This document shows, piece by piece, positions 25,308-34,378 of a stretch of DNA of 64,000 nt. The translations under genes were made by a program, and so were the position numbers. The notes under the pieces are model-generated. The model made no database searches. It was not told where the DNA came from and saw only the letters and a list, made by a program, of their open reading frames with translations. The stretch is from Elusimicrobiota bacterium (lineage in GTDB: Bacteria > Elusimicrobiota > Elusimicrobia > UBA1565 > UBA9628): NCBI GenBank assembly GCA_016212855.1, contig JACRDP010000009.1:89275-153274 (forward strand). Reading direction: 5' to 3'. Every line of letters starts with the position of its first letter. Position 1 is the stretch's first letter.

Positions 25308-28126
25308 GAGAGTACGGCGATCGTCTCTTTGAGGCGATCGCGGCGGGCCGCCGCGGCGTCGTGCTGCTCTTTGGCCTCGGCGACCTTTTCGGCGGGCGCG
25401 CTGGCGGCGGCGGATAGATTTTTCAGCTTCGCGGCGCATTTCTCGATATCGCCTTCGGCCTTCGCGAGATCCTTGGCCAGGCGCTCGCGCTCCTTGGCGA
25501 AGTCGATGACGCCGGCCAGCGGGATATGGAAGGTGACGCCGTCGGCGACCGCGGTGGCGCTTTGCGCGGGGCGGCCGCCGTTCATGGGCTCGAGGCTTTC
25601 GAGCTGGGCCAGGAGAAGCGCGTACGCGCGGTGCTTCCCGAGCAGGGCGGCGGCGAAGGGGCCCTCGGCCACGGCCTTGATCTTCAGCCCGGGCGGAACG
25701 TTCAGTTGCGAGCGCAGCGAGCGGATCGAGGTCACGGCGCCCATGACCAAGCTCATCTCCTTCTCAACCTCGGGATTCACCCGGCTGCCGTCGAGGACAG
25801 GGTAGCCGCCTCTGAGGATGAACTCGGCGGACTCGCCGGCGTACGCCTTGATCTCGGCGTACAACTCTTCGGTCACGAACGGCATGATCGGGTGCAAAGC
25901 CTTGAGCGAACCGGCCAGGATGTGGACGAGGATGGCCCGCACGGCGTCCTTGCTCTCCCCTTCGGCGCCGGTCAGGCGGCCTTTGGCGAGCTCGATGTAC
26001 CAGGCGCAGAACTCGTCCCACAGGAACACGTACAGCTCCTGCGCCGCGGCGGCGGGATCGTAAGCGTCGAGGCTCGCTTGAGCGTGGGACACGACCCGCT
26101 GATACCGGGACAGGATCCACCGGTCGGCGAATTCCAGATTTTTCGAGCCGAGCGAATAGACCGCGGGGGTCTCGGGCAGGTTCATGAGCACGAAGCGCGT
26201 CGAGTTCCAGAGCTTGTTGACGAAGTTGCGCGCGCCGACGACGGTCTGCTCGTCGAAGGCGATGTCCTTGCCCGGGTGGGCCTGCGCCATCAAGGCGAAG
26301 CGCAGGGCGTCGGTGCCGTGCTTCTCCATCATGACGAGCGGATCGATGACGTTGCCCAGCGACTTCGACATCTTCTTGCCGCTCTTGTCGCGCACGATGC
26401 CGTGGATGACGGCGTCGGGGAAGGCGGGCTTGTCCATGAAGGCGTGGCCCATCATCTGCATGCGGGCGACCCACAGATAGAGGATCTCGTAGCCGGTGAC
26501 GAGGGTCGAGGTCGGGTAGTAATAAGCAAGATCCTTGGTTTTCTCGGGCCAGCCGAACACGGCGAGCGGCCACAGCGCCGAGGAGAACCAAGTGTCGAGC
26601 ACGTCCGAATCTTGATACCAATGATTTTTCCCACATGTTTTACATGTATCTGGCTTAGTCTGACTAACCTTCAATCCCGGGAAACTAGCTATGGACTTTG
26701 CATCGACATCTTTACCCGCTTCGAATTCGAAGAATGGATTCAATGCGAGCAATTCGTCAAATGAAATTCCACCTTCAAGGATTGAGCCAGCTAAATATTG
26801 TTTTACCTGCATGCCAGCGTCTTTCCCGGATTTCAGCTGAACTTCTGTTCCAAGATATGCGATTGGATTTGTGCACGTCAGGCAATACCAAACCGGAATA
26901 CGATGTCCCCACCAAATTTGACGAGAAACGCACCAATCTTTGATGTTAACCAACCAATCACGATACGGCTTAACCCAACTAGTCGGATAAATTTTAAATT
27001 CACCGCTATCTAGGGCTTTAAGCGGTGCTTTGGCTAATTCAATCTGATTAACAAACCACTGGAACGAAAGTAAGGGCTCAATAATGGAGCTGCATCGATA
27101 ACAAATCTGTACTGCACTCTTATGATCTTCCTTCTTTCTTAGATATTTCTCCGACTCAAGATCCGCAATCACTTGATCGTGGGCCTTTTCTCTAGATAAA
27201 CCAGCATACTGGCCAGCCCAATCCGTCAATTTCCCGTCACGCCCTAGCACTTTGATTGCAGGCAATTTATGTCGCTGCCCGATTTCCCAGTCATTCTGAT
27301 CATGCGCGGGTGTAACTTTCAAACAGCCGGTACCGAATTCGAAGTCCACATAGGTATCTTCGATTATTGGAATCGAACGATTTGTGAACGGAATCAGCAC
27401 CCTTTTCCCAATCAAATGCGTCCACCGCTTATCCTTCGGGTTGATTGCGACGGCGGTGTCGCCGAACATCGTTATGGGACGCGTCGTCGCGACGACCGCG
27501 CCCTCGCCCCCGCCTTCGAGCGGATAATGGATGTGGTAAAGAGCGCCCTTCCGTTCTTCCCGTTCGACTTCGATGTCCGACAACGCCGTGCCGCATCGCA
27601 CGCACCAGTTCACGAGACGCTCGCCGCGGTAGATCAGCCCGCGCTCCCACAAGGTTTTGAAGGCGTGGAATACGGCCTTGCCGCGCTCCTCGTCCATCGT
27701 GAAGGCCTCGCGCTTCCAGTCGAGGGACGCGCCGAGACGATGCAATTGGCCCAGGATCGTCTTCTTGCAGTCGCGCGTCCAGACCTGCATGCGCTCGAGG
27801 AAGGCGTCGCGGCCCAACGCGTGACGGTCGATCTTCTCGGCCTTGAGCTGCTTCTCCATCACGTTCTGCGTGGCGATGCCGCCGTGGTCGCAGCCGGGCA
27901 CCCAGCAGGCTTCCTCGCCCTTCATGCGATGATGGCGGATGAACGCGTCCTGCAGGGAATTGTTGAGCGCGTGGCCGATGTGAAGGGCGCCCGTCACGTT
28001 CGGGGGCGGAATCACGATCGTGAACGGAGGCTTGGCGCCGGGTACGGAGCGAGACAGCTGAGCGGCGTCCCAGGACGCGAGGCGCTTCTCCTCGACCGGC
28101 TTGGGATCGTAAGCCTTCTCGAGCAT
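25304..28126 (-). CDS. valS: valine--tRNA ligase
   Basis: PPPNVTGALHIGHA (HIGH), KMSKS, DVLDTWFSS, C-terminal coiled coil. Contains an in-frame low-GC segment at about 26600-27450. Confidence 0.95.
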   Translation of the reverse strand: MLEKAYDPKPVEEKRLASWDAAQLSRSVPGAKPPFTIVIPPPNVTGALHIGHALNNSLQDAFIRHHRMKGEEACWVPGCDHGGIATQNVMEKQLKAEKIDRHALGRDAFLERMQVWTRDCKKTILGQLHRLGASLDWKREAFTMDEERGKAVFHAFKTLWERGLIYRGERLVNWCVRCGTALSDIEVEREERKGALYHIHYPLEGGGEGAVVATTRPITMFGDTAVAINPKDKRWTHLIGKRVLIPFTNRSIPIIEDTYVDFEFGTGCLKVTPAHDQNDWEIGQRHKLPAIKVLGRDGKLTDWAGQYAGLSREKAHDQVIADLESEKYLRKKEDHKSAVQICYRCSSIIEPLLSFQWFVNQIELAKAPLKALDSGEFKIYPTSWVKPYRDWLVNIKDWCVSRQIWWGHRIPVWYCLTCTNPIAYLGTEVQLKSGKDAGMQVKQYLAGSILEGGISFDELLALNPFFEFEAGKDVDAKSIASFPGLKVSQTKPDTCKTCGKNHWYQDSDVLDTWFSSALWPLAVFGWPEKTKDLAYYYPTSTLVTGYEILYLWVARMQMMGHAFMDKPAFPDAVIHGIVRDKSGKKMSKSLGNVIDPLVMMEKHGTDALRFALMAQAHPGKDIAFDEQTVVGARNFVNKLWNSTRFVLMNLPETPAVYSLGSKNLEFADRWILSRYQRVVSHAQASLDAYDPAAAAQELYVFLWDEFCAWYIELAKGRLTGAEGESKDAVRAILVHILAGSLKALHPIMPFVTEELYAEIKAYAGESAEFILRGGYPVLDGSRVNPEVEKEMSLVMGAVTSIRSLRSQLNVPPGLKIKAVAEGPFAAALLGKHRAYALLLAQLESLEPMNGGRPAQSATAVADGVTFHIPLAGVIDFAKERERLAKDLAKAEGDIEKCAAKLKNLSAAASAPAEKVAEAKEQHDAAAARRDRLKETIAVLS

Positions 28127-28530
28127 CAGCTCTTCACGGCCTTCTTTTTGAGGATATGCTCGATCTTCGTGATCAGGACCTCGCCGTCGATGGGCTTGGC
28201 GAGGTACTCCAGCGCGCCCGACTCGAGGCCGCTGACGACGTCGATGGGCTCGGAGGACCCGGTGAAGAGAATCACCGGCGTCGCCGCGAGCTCGGGATCG
28301 GCTTTCATCGAGCGGATCAGCTCGCGCCCGTCGAAGCCGGGCATGTACAGGTCCATGATGACGAGGTCGGGCTTCTCGGCGCGCACCGTCGCCAGGGCGC
28401 GTCCGGGCTCGCCCACCGCGACGGCGAAGTAGCCGGCGTGATCGAGCGCGAGACGCAGCGTCTCGCGGATCAAAACGTCGTCGTCGACGATGATGATCGT
28501 GAGGCGCGGCGCGGGGTGCTTCTTGCTCAC
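28126..28530 (-). CDS. single-domain response regulator
   Basis: I start at GTG 28530 (GTGA overlap with the phoH-like stop). LTIIIVDDDVLI, LVIMDLYMPGFDG, KPI. Confidence 0.8.
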   Translation of the reverse strand: MSKKHPAPRLTIIIVDDDVLIRETLRLALDHAGYFAVAVGEPGRALATVRAEKPDLVIMDLYMPGFDGRELIRSMKADPELAATPVILFTGSSEPIDVVSGLESGALEYLAKPIDGEVLITKIEHILKKKAVKS

Positions 28531-29828
28531 AGGAGATCCGAGGCCAGCGCGGCGAGCACGGAGCGCTCGCTCTTGGTGAAGGTGACGTGGCCGAACAAGC
28601 CCTGGCCCTTGAAGCGGTCGACGAGGTTGGTGAGACCGTTGGACGCCGCGTCGAGGTAGTAGTTGTCGACCTGATGCGGGTCGCCGGTGAGCACGATCTT
28701 CGCGCCCTGGCCGGCGCGCGAGATGATGGTCTTGATCTCGTGCGGCGTCAGGTTCTGCGAGTCGTCGATGATGATGAGCAGGCCGGGCAAGGTCCGTCCG
28801 CGAAGGTAGGTGACGGCCTCGATCTCGAGCACGCCCTCCTCCATCAGCATCTGAATATCCATGTCCGCGGTCTCGAGCGCGCCCTTGGGCTTTTCGAGCA
28901 GGAAGGACAGGTTGTCGTAGATGGCGCCCATCCAGTTGGTGAGTTTCTCTTCCTTGGTGCCGGGCAGGAAGCCGAGGTCGTGGCCCACCGCGATGACGGG
29001 CCGGGCGACGAGGATGCGGCGGTACAGCTTCTCCTCGAGCGTCTGCTGCAGGGCCGCGGCGAGCGCGATCATCGTCTTGCCCGAGCCGGCGAGGCCGACC
29101 AGGGTGATGAGCTGAATGTCGGGGTTGAGCAGGAGCTCCAGCGCGAAGCGCTGCTCGGTGTTGAGCGGCTTGATCCCCCACGGCGCGGAGTCGGCTTTGA
29201 CCAGCGGCACCAGCGACTTCGTCTTGAGGTCGTAGCGGGAGAGCGCGCTCTTGGACGTGCCCTCGGCCTTCAGGATGACGAACTCGTTGGGCACGAGATC
29301 CGGAACCGGGGGCGCCACGCGCTTGTCCTTGTAGAACGCGTCGATGAGCTCGCCCGAAACGGCGGCCTCGCGCCAGCCCTTGTACAGCTCGTCGAGGTCG
29401 ACCTTCTCCTTCTCGTAGTCCTGGGTTTCAAGTCCCAGGGACTCAGCCTTAATACGCAGGTTGATGTCCTTCGAGATGAAGATGACGTTCTCGCCCTGCT
29501 TCTTGAGATAAAGCGCGCACGAGAGGATTTCGTTGTCCTTGTTGTGGGCGGAGAAAGCCTTGGGCAGGCCGTCGGACACCTGGATCTCGACCTTGAGCTT
29601 GCCGCCGTGCTCGAGCGGGACCCAGTTCGAGAGCTTGCCGCCCTTGCGCAACTCGTCGAGCTTGCGCGAGATGTAGCGCGCCGAACGGCCGCGCTCGTCG
29701 TTGCTGCGCTTGAAGGTGTCGAGCTCCTCGATGACGGTCAGCGGCAGGACGACGCGGGAGCCTTCGAACGAGAAGATCGATTGCGGGTCGTGAAGGATGA
29801 CGTTGGTGTCGAGCACGAAGGTTTTCAT
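28527..29828 (-). CDS. PIN-domain + PhoH-like ATPase (PhoH2/YlaK-type)
   Basis: N-terminal PIN (FVLDTNVILHDP...TVIEELD). C-terminal PhoH Walker A GLAGSGKT and ..IIIDDSQNLT... Confidence 0.85.
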   Translation of the reverse strand: MKTFVLDTNVILHDPQSIFSFEGSRVVLPLTVIEELDTFKRSNDERGRSARYISRKLDELRKGGKLSNWVPLEHGGKLKVEIQVSDGLPKAFSAHNKDNEILSCALYLKKQGENVIFISKDINLRIKAESLGLETQDYEKEKVDLDELYKGWREAAVSGELIDAFYKDKRVAPPVPDLVPNEFVILKAEGTSKSALSRYDLKTKSLVPLVKADSAPWGIKPLNTEQRFALELLLNPDIQLITLVGLAGSGKTMIALAAALQQTLEEKLYRRILVARPVIAVGHDLGFLPGTKEEKLTNWMGAIYDNLSFLLEKPKGALETADMDIQMLMEEGVLEIEAVTYLRGRTLPGLLIIIDDSQNLTPHEIKTIISRAGQGAKIVLTGDPHQVDNYYLDAASNGLTNLVDRFKGQGLFGHVTFTKSERSVLAALASDLL

Positions 29829-30934
29829 GCGAGGATCTCCTCACGGTCGAACGGCGGCACGAACAGCCGGAACGCCTCGTTTCCGAGGAAAATTCCTTCC
29901 CGCGTCAGCATCCAGAGCCCGTTTTTTTCGCGGGCCAGGCCCCGGCTCTTGAGCGAAGCCCATTCCGGGGCGAACGCCATGCGCAAATTCGCGGACGGCT
30001 CGAAGCCCTCGACGAGGCGCAGGCCGAGCAGGGCCTCCTCGCCGGTCGCGTCGCGGCCCGCCGGCTTCTCCGATTCGGACAGGTCGCGGCGCCCGGCCTC
30101 GACGCCTTCCACGTAGGGCTTGAGGCGAGCCTCATTCGAGGAGCGCGTGCCGTCGTAATAGGACGCGGCGGAGCAGCCCAGGCCGACGTAGTCGCCGCGG
30201 ACCCAGTAGTTGATGTTGTGGGCGGAACGGCGGCCCGGCTTGGCGAAGTTCGAGATCTCGTAATGCTCGAGGCCGGCGGCGGCCAGGCGCTCGAGGGCCA
30301 ACTCGAACATCTCGCGGCCGAGATCCGAGTCTTCCCGCACGCCGCGCTTGGCGAACAAGGTGCGGTCTTCCACTTGAAGGCCGTAGAGGGAAATGTGCTC
30401 CGGGTCGAGCGCGAGGACGAAGTCGAGCGTAGCGCGCAGGCTCTCGAGCGTCTGCCCCGGCAGGCCGTACATCAGGTCCACCGAGATCGCGGGAATGCCG
30501 GCGCGGCGCGCCGCGAGAAATTTTTCCTTGAAGTCCGCGGCGGTGTGATGCCGGCCGACGGCGGGCAGGAGCGCGTCGTCGGCGGTCTGCAGGCCGATCG
30601 AGAGGCGCGTAACTCCCGCGCCCGCGAGCACGGCGAGCTTTTCCTCGTCGAGGCTCTCGGGATTTCCCTCGAACGTCGACTCTTTGAAGCGGGGGCCGGG
30701 GTAGGCGCGGCGCAGGCGCGCAAACAAATCTTTGATCTGCGGCGCCGTCAATTCGGAGGGAGTTCCGCCGCCCACGTACAAAGTTTCGGGGGCGATCGCC
30801 GGATGCAGAGCCGCCTCAGCCTCGAGCGCGGCGAGGTAGCGGTCGGCGAGTTTTCCCTGCCCGGAATAAGCGGCGAAGTCGCAGTAGAAGCACTTCACCG
30901 AGCAGAACGGAATATGGGCGTATAAACCGGTCAA
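29825..30934 (-). CDS. hemW: radical SAM HemN-like protein (HemW-type heme chaperone / coproporphyrinogen oxidase-like)
   Basis: LYAHIPFCSVKCFYCDF (CxxxCxxC), GGGTPS, HemN C-terminal domain. Confidence 0.85.
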   Translation of the reverse strand: MTGLYAHIPFCSVKCFYCDFAAYSGQGKLADRYLAALEAEAALHPAIAPETLYVGGGTPSELTAPQIKDLFARLRRAYPGPRFKESTFEGNPESLDEEKLAVLAGAGVTRLSIGLQTADDALLPAVGRHHTAADFKEKFLAARRAGIPAISVDLMYGLPGQTLESLRATLDFVLALDPEHISLYGLQVEDRTLFAKRGVREDSDLGREMFELALERLAAAGLEHYEISNFAKPGRRSAHNINYWVRGDYVGLGCSAASYYDGTRSSNEARLKPYVEGVEAGRRDLSESEKPAGRDATGEEALLGLRLVEGFEPSANLRMAFAPEWASLKSRGLAREKNGLWMLTREGIFLGNEAFRLFVPPFDREEILA

Positions 30935-31000
30935 TTCCCTCGGATTTTCCTATATTTCGGCCTTCTCCGCAAGCGACTGAACGGCCCACCGGCCAGGGGA

Positions 31001-31033
31001 CTTAGGGCCCGCTTAGGGCCCGCTTAGCGCCCG
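31001..31033. repeat. three tandem 11-mers (CTTAGGGCCCG x2, CTTAGCGCCCG) spanning the 3' end of the HNH gene
   Basis: Read directly: 31001-31011, 31012-31022, 31023-31033. The third copy contains the HNH gene stop (TTA on plus = TAA on minus). Confidence 0.8.
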
Positions 31034-32085
31034 CCCTCGGTCCGCCCGGAAGTGCCGCGCGACGCGCCGATCGCGGCGTCTATTTTCGCGTCGCCGAACA
31101 CGCGCCTCGCCTCCAATTGATTGTGCGCGCGGCACAACAATCGGACGTTGACCGGATCGCTCGAACCGCCGAGCGCCCAAGGGCGCACATGATCGAACTC
31201 CAGGCCGGCCCGCGCACCGCATGCGCGACTTTCCTCCGATTGGTAAGAGCATCTGCCTCCGTCGCGGCGCCAGACGACGTCTTTGACCGTCGCCGCGATC
31301 CCCCGGCTTCGCCTGCCGGCCGCGAGCCGCCGCGCGCGTTCCTTTCTCCTCTGCCGTTGATCGGGATCGATTTTCTCGAGCAGCGCCTTGATCGCGCCCC
31401 CGAACACGTCCTCCATCCTTCCCGCCCATTTATGGCGCGATAGCTCCTTCGCCCTCTCATAGCCGTGAAGTAAGTCCTCGTCACCCGTGAAGGAAAAATG
31501 CACGCGCCGAACGGCTGAGGTTTGCGGCGCGCCGGGCGCGGCAGGCGCCTCCTGTGGGACCGTCGTCGGTGGGGCAATCCCTTGAGGTTCGGACATGGGA
31601 GTTTGGGTGAAGAAATCTGCGGCCTCAGCCGGCGGAACGGACGCCTCGACCGTCAAGAATCGAATCCGATCAATGGGCTCAGTTGGAACTGGAGAGAGGG
31701 CGGCGACGAGCGCCTCCATCTCCCGCGTACTTTTTCCGATGGACGCGCGGATCAGTTTTCGATAGTTGTTCCACTTCAAATGCGGCTCGAGCAGCGCCAC
31801 GGACGTCAAGGACAGCGTCCCACGCTCGAGCAGGCGGTAGAGGATTTTGAATTTATCCGCGGCGCGAGCCGCCCGAATGCGTCGAAACGCCTCGCCTTGA
31901 GCGTAGCGCAGCTCGCGGACGCAGTATTCGAATAGAGATGGAAAACCGACTTCTGTCGCGAGACGTCTGTTTTCGAACTCGGCGAGATGCTTCACGATCG
32001 CGACGAGAGATTCGCGCTCGTCCCCGACCAGCGACTTGAGCGAATGAATGAGTTCCTCGTTGGTGAGGGCGGCCAAGCTATTCAT
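31024..32085 (-). CDS. HNH endonuclease-domain protein (DUF222-like N-terminus)
   Basis: C-terminal ..CSYQSEESRACGARAGLEFDHVRPWALGGSSDPVNVRLLCRAHNQLEA.. (HNH). Flanked by AT-richer non-coding DNA. Confidence 0.7.
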   Translation of the reverse strand: MNSLAALTNEELIHSLKSLVGDERESLVAIVKHLAEFENRRLATEVGFPSLFEYCVRELRYAQGEAFRRIRAARAADKFKILYRLLERGTLSLTSVALLEPHLKWNNYRKLIRASIGKSTREMEALVAALSPVPTEPIDRIRFLTVEASVPPAEAADFFTQTPMSEPQGIAPPTTVPQEAPAAPGAPQTSAVRRVHFSFTGDEDLLHGYERAKELSRHKWAGRMEDVFGGAIKALLEKIDPDQRQRRKERARRLAAGRRSRGIAATVKDVVWRRDGGRCSYQSEESRACGARAGLEFDHVRPWALGGSSDPVNVRLLCRAHNQLEARRVFGDAKIDAAIGASRGTSGRTEGGR

Positions 32086-32176
32086 ATCTTCATACGATCG
32101 AGCGGTACATTTTGTTCCATGTCTCCTTCGGAAAATCCTTCGTTTTTAAAAAAATAACTCAATGATTTAAAGCCTT

Positions 32177-32202
32177 ATTCACTTTCGGCGCCGAAAGTGA
32201 AT
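32177..32202. promoter_or_regulatory. 26-nt perfect palindrome ATTCACTTTCGGC|GCCGAAAGTGAAT in a divergent intergenic region
   Basis: Read directly. Lies between the HNH gene start (32085, minus) and the next plus-strand gene. Preceded by TTTTTAAAAAAA. Confidence 0.5.
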
Positions 32203-32305
32203 TACATATATGGGCACAGCATTATTTTTTCAAAAACGAAGGGCCCAACGCGGTAGAGGCCGAAAGACCCCTGGCGAACCCGGCTCATCGCCGCATCCTT
32301 TGATA

Positions 32306-33412
32306 ATGATTGCGGCCCTGCTCGTATTGGCTTTCTCCGTCCCCTGTCACGCCGGAGTCACGGCGTCCGCGCAGACCGGAGCGGAAGGAGCGCTTCCGCG
32401 CATAACGCTGGAGACCGTTCTTAGCCCGGCCGCGGTCCAGACTGCGGGCGCCGCGACCGGCATCGGACTTCAGACCTCGATTTCGTTGGCGCCCGCTCCG
32501 TCGGTCATCACCGCGCTTCCCGCTTCCGCGGTTCCCTCGGCAGTCCACGCCGCGCCCGTGACGGCGATCTCCGCCGTTTTGACCGCCGCAGCTGCGACGC
32601 CCGAGTCGCCGAAAGCGAATCCGGAGACGGCCGCGACTCCGGCGGACAGAGCCCAACCGACGTTCAAGACCCGCATCCTCGGGATGCTCAAGACTTTGGC
32701 CAATCCTTTCGGCGGCAAAGCCGCCGAAGAAGCCCCCCCGGCCAACGAGGCTGAGCGCCTCGATCGCGAGTTCTCCAGGGTCGACCTGTGGAATAAGGTC
32801 GCTCCGGCCGCTAAGATGGAAATCGAGAAAATTCGCGCGGACGAGTTGAGCAAGGCCGCGCTGAAGGAGTACGTCCAGCGCGAGGCCGACGCGGCGATCG
32901 AACGCATCAAGGCCGCGCGCGGCGTCGCGAACATCGGCTTCCACTATAATCTGCACGGCGGCCGGCGCGAGGAATACGTCGGCGCGGGCATCCGCGCCAC
33001 GATGGGCGACATCGCCCTGCGCTACAGCATGAACGCAGACTCCAACTACAAGGTCTATTTCTTTCAGAGCGCCCAGCACGGCGGCTTCGTCCCGCTCGAC
33101 TCGACCCACGGCGAGCACATCTTCATCAAGATGCGCATGGGCTACGTGATGAACCTCTTCGACCTCGACGCCCCCGCTCTCGCCGCCGCCCGCGCCGACG
33201 GCCGCATCAAGAACTTCGGCTCGATCTCGATGGACTTCCACGGCATGAAGGGCGTGCCCTACTCCGCCTATCTCGCCCCGCCGGTCGAGGTCTTCCACGG
33301 GACGGCGAAGAAGATCGGCCTGAAGAAGCTGGGCTGGGACGAAGAGACCCTCGTCACGATCCGCTACCTCGAGGCCGCGGCGCTCGCCGGCGGCGATTTC
33401 ATCCCGCGCTAG
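32306..33412 (+). CDS. secreted hypothetical protein
   Basis: The track ORF starts at 32210. I prefer ATG 32306, which yields a signal peptide (MIAALLVLAFSVPCHAGV). Ala/Pro/Thr-rich linker, then a ~200-aa globular C-terminus with no motif recognised. Confidence 0.5.
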   Translation: MIAALLVLAFSVPCHAGVTASAQTGAEGALPRITLETVLSPAAVQTAGAATGIGLQTSISLAPAPSVITALPASAVPSAVHAAPVTAISAVLTAAAATPESPKANPETAATPADRAQPTFKTRILGMLKTLANPFGGKAAEEAPPANEAERLDREFSRVDLWNKVAPAAKMEIEKIRADELSKAALKEYVQREADAAIERIKAARGVANIGFHYNLHGGRREEYVGAGIRATMGDIALRYSMNADSNYKVYFFQSAQHGGFVPLDSTHGEHIFIKMRMGYVMNLFDLDAPALAAARADGRIKNFGSISMDFHGMKGVPYSAYLAPPVEVFHGTAKKIGLKKLGWDEETLVTIRYLEAAALAGGDFIPR

Positions 33413-33421
33413 GCGAAGTGC

Positions 33422-33427
33422 TAGACT
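33422..33427 (+). promoter_or_regulatory. -10-like hexamer TAGACT, 7 nt upstream of TTG 33435 (era)
   Basis: TAGACT agccctc TTG with no SD. Confidence 0.3.
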
Positions 33428-33434
33428 AGCCCTC

Positions 33435-34328
33435 TTGGCCACCCACAAAGCCGGCTTCGTCGCGCTCGCCGGGCGCCCCAACGTCGGGAAATCGACCCTG
33501 CTGAACTCCTTGCTCAAGTTCAAGCTGTCGATCGTCTCGCACAAGCCCCAGACCACGCGCCACCGCCTGCTCGGCATCCTCGAAGGCGAGGACTTCCAGG
33601 CCTGCTTCCTCGACACCCCCGGCCTCATCGACGCGCCGTCCGACCAGCTGCAGAAAGCCCTGCGCAACGAGACGACGCGCGCGCTGCGTGACGACTCCGA
33701 CCTGATCGTGTATATGGTCGACGCGGTCGAGGCGAACCCGGAGAAGGTGGGCGAGACGCACCTGCGCTCCGGCACGCCGGTCCTGCTCGTGATCAACAAG
33801 TGCGACCGCGACGTCGCCGAGACCAAGCTCGCCGCGATCGAGAAGGCGTACTCGGCCGCGCTCAATCCCGAGAAGATATTCCGCATCTCCGCCCTCAAGA
33901 ACCAGGGCGTCGAGGAGCTCAAGACCGAGATCCTCTCCCGCCTGCCGGAGAGCGAGGCCTTCTACGACAAAGGCCAGATGTCGGACCGCTGGGAGCGCTT
34001 CTTCGCCGCCGAGATCGTCCGAGAGCAGGTTTTCGACTTGTACCACGATGAGATTCCCCACGCCGTCGCCGTCGTCGTGGAAACCTTCCGCGAGCATCCC
34101 GGCAAGCAGCCCGACGAGGTGTTCGCCACGCTCTACGTCGAGCGCGACGGCCAGAAAGGCATCATCATCGGCAAGGGCGGCAAGGACCTCCACCGCCTGA
34201 CCGAGCGCTCGCAGGCGATGCTCGAGGCCTTCCTCGGCCGCCAGGTCCAACTTGAGCTGTGGATCAAGGTGCGCAAAGACTGGCGCAAGGATCCGAAGTC
34301 GCTGGCCGAGTTCGGCTACACGACCTAG
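33435..34328 (+). CDS. era: GTPase Era
   Basis: GFVALAGRPNVGKSTLLN (G1), DTPG, NKCD, C-terminal KH domain. Confidence 0.9.
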   Translation: MATHKAGFVALAGRPNVGKSTLLNSLLKFKLSIVSHKPQTTRHRLLGILEGEDFQACFLDTPGLIDAPSDQLQKALRNETTRALRDDSDLIVYMVDAVEANPEKVGETHLRSGTPVLLVINKCDRDVAETKLAAIEKAYSAALNPEKIFRISALKNQGVEELKTEILSRLPESEAFYDKGQMSDRWERFFAAEIVREQVFDLYHDEIPHAVAVVVETFREHPGKQPDEVFATLYVERDGQKGIIIGKGGKDLHRLTERSQAMLEAFLGRQVQLELWIKVRKDWRKDPKSLAEFGYTT

Positions 34329-34378
34329 CCGCGACGGCGTTGGCCGAATCAGGCCGGATATCGTACTATCTCCCCCGC

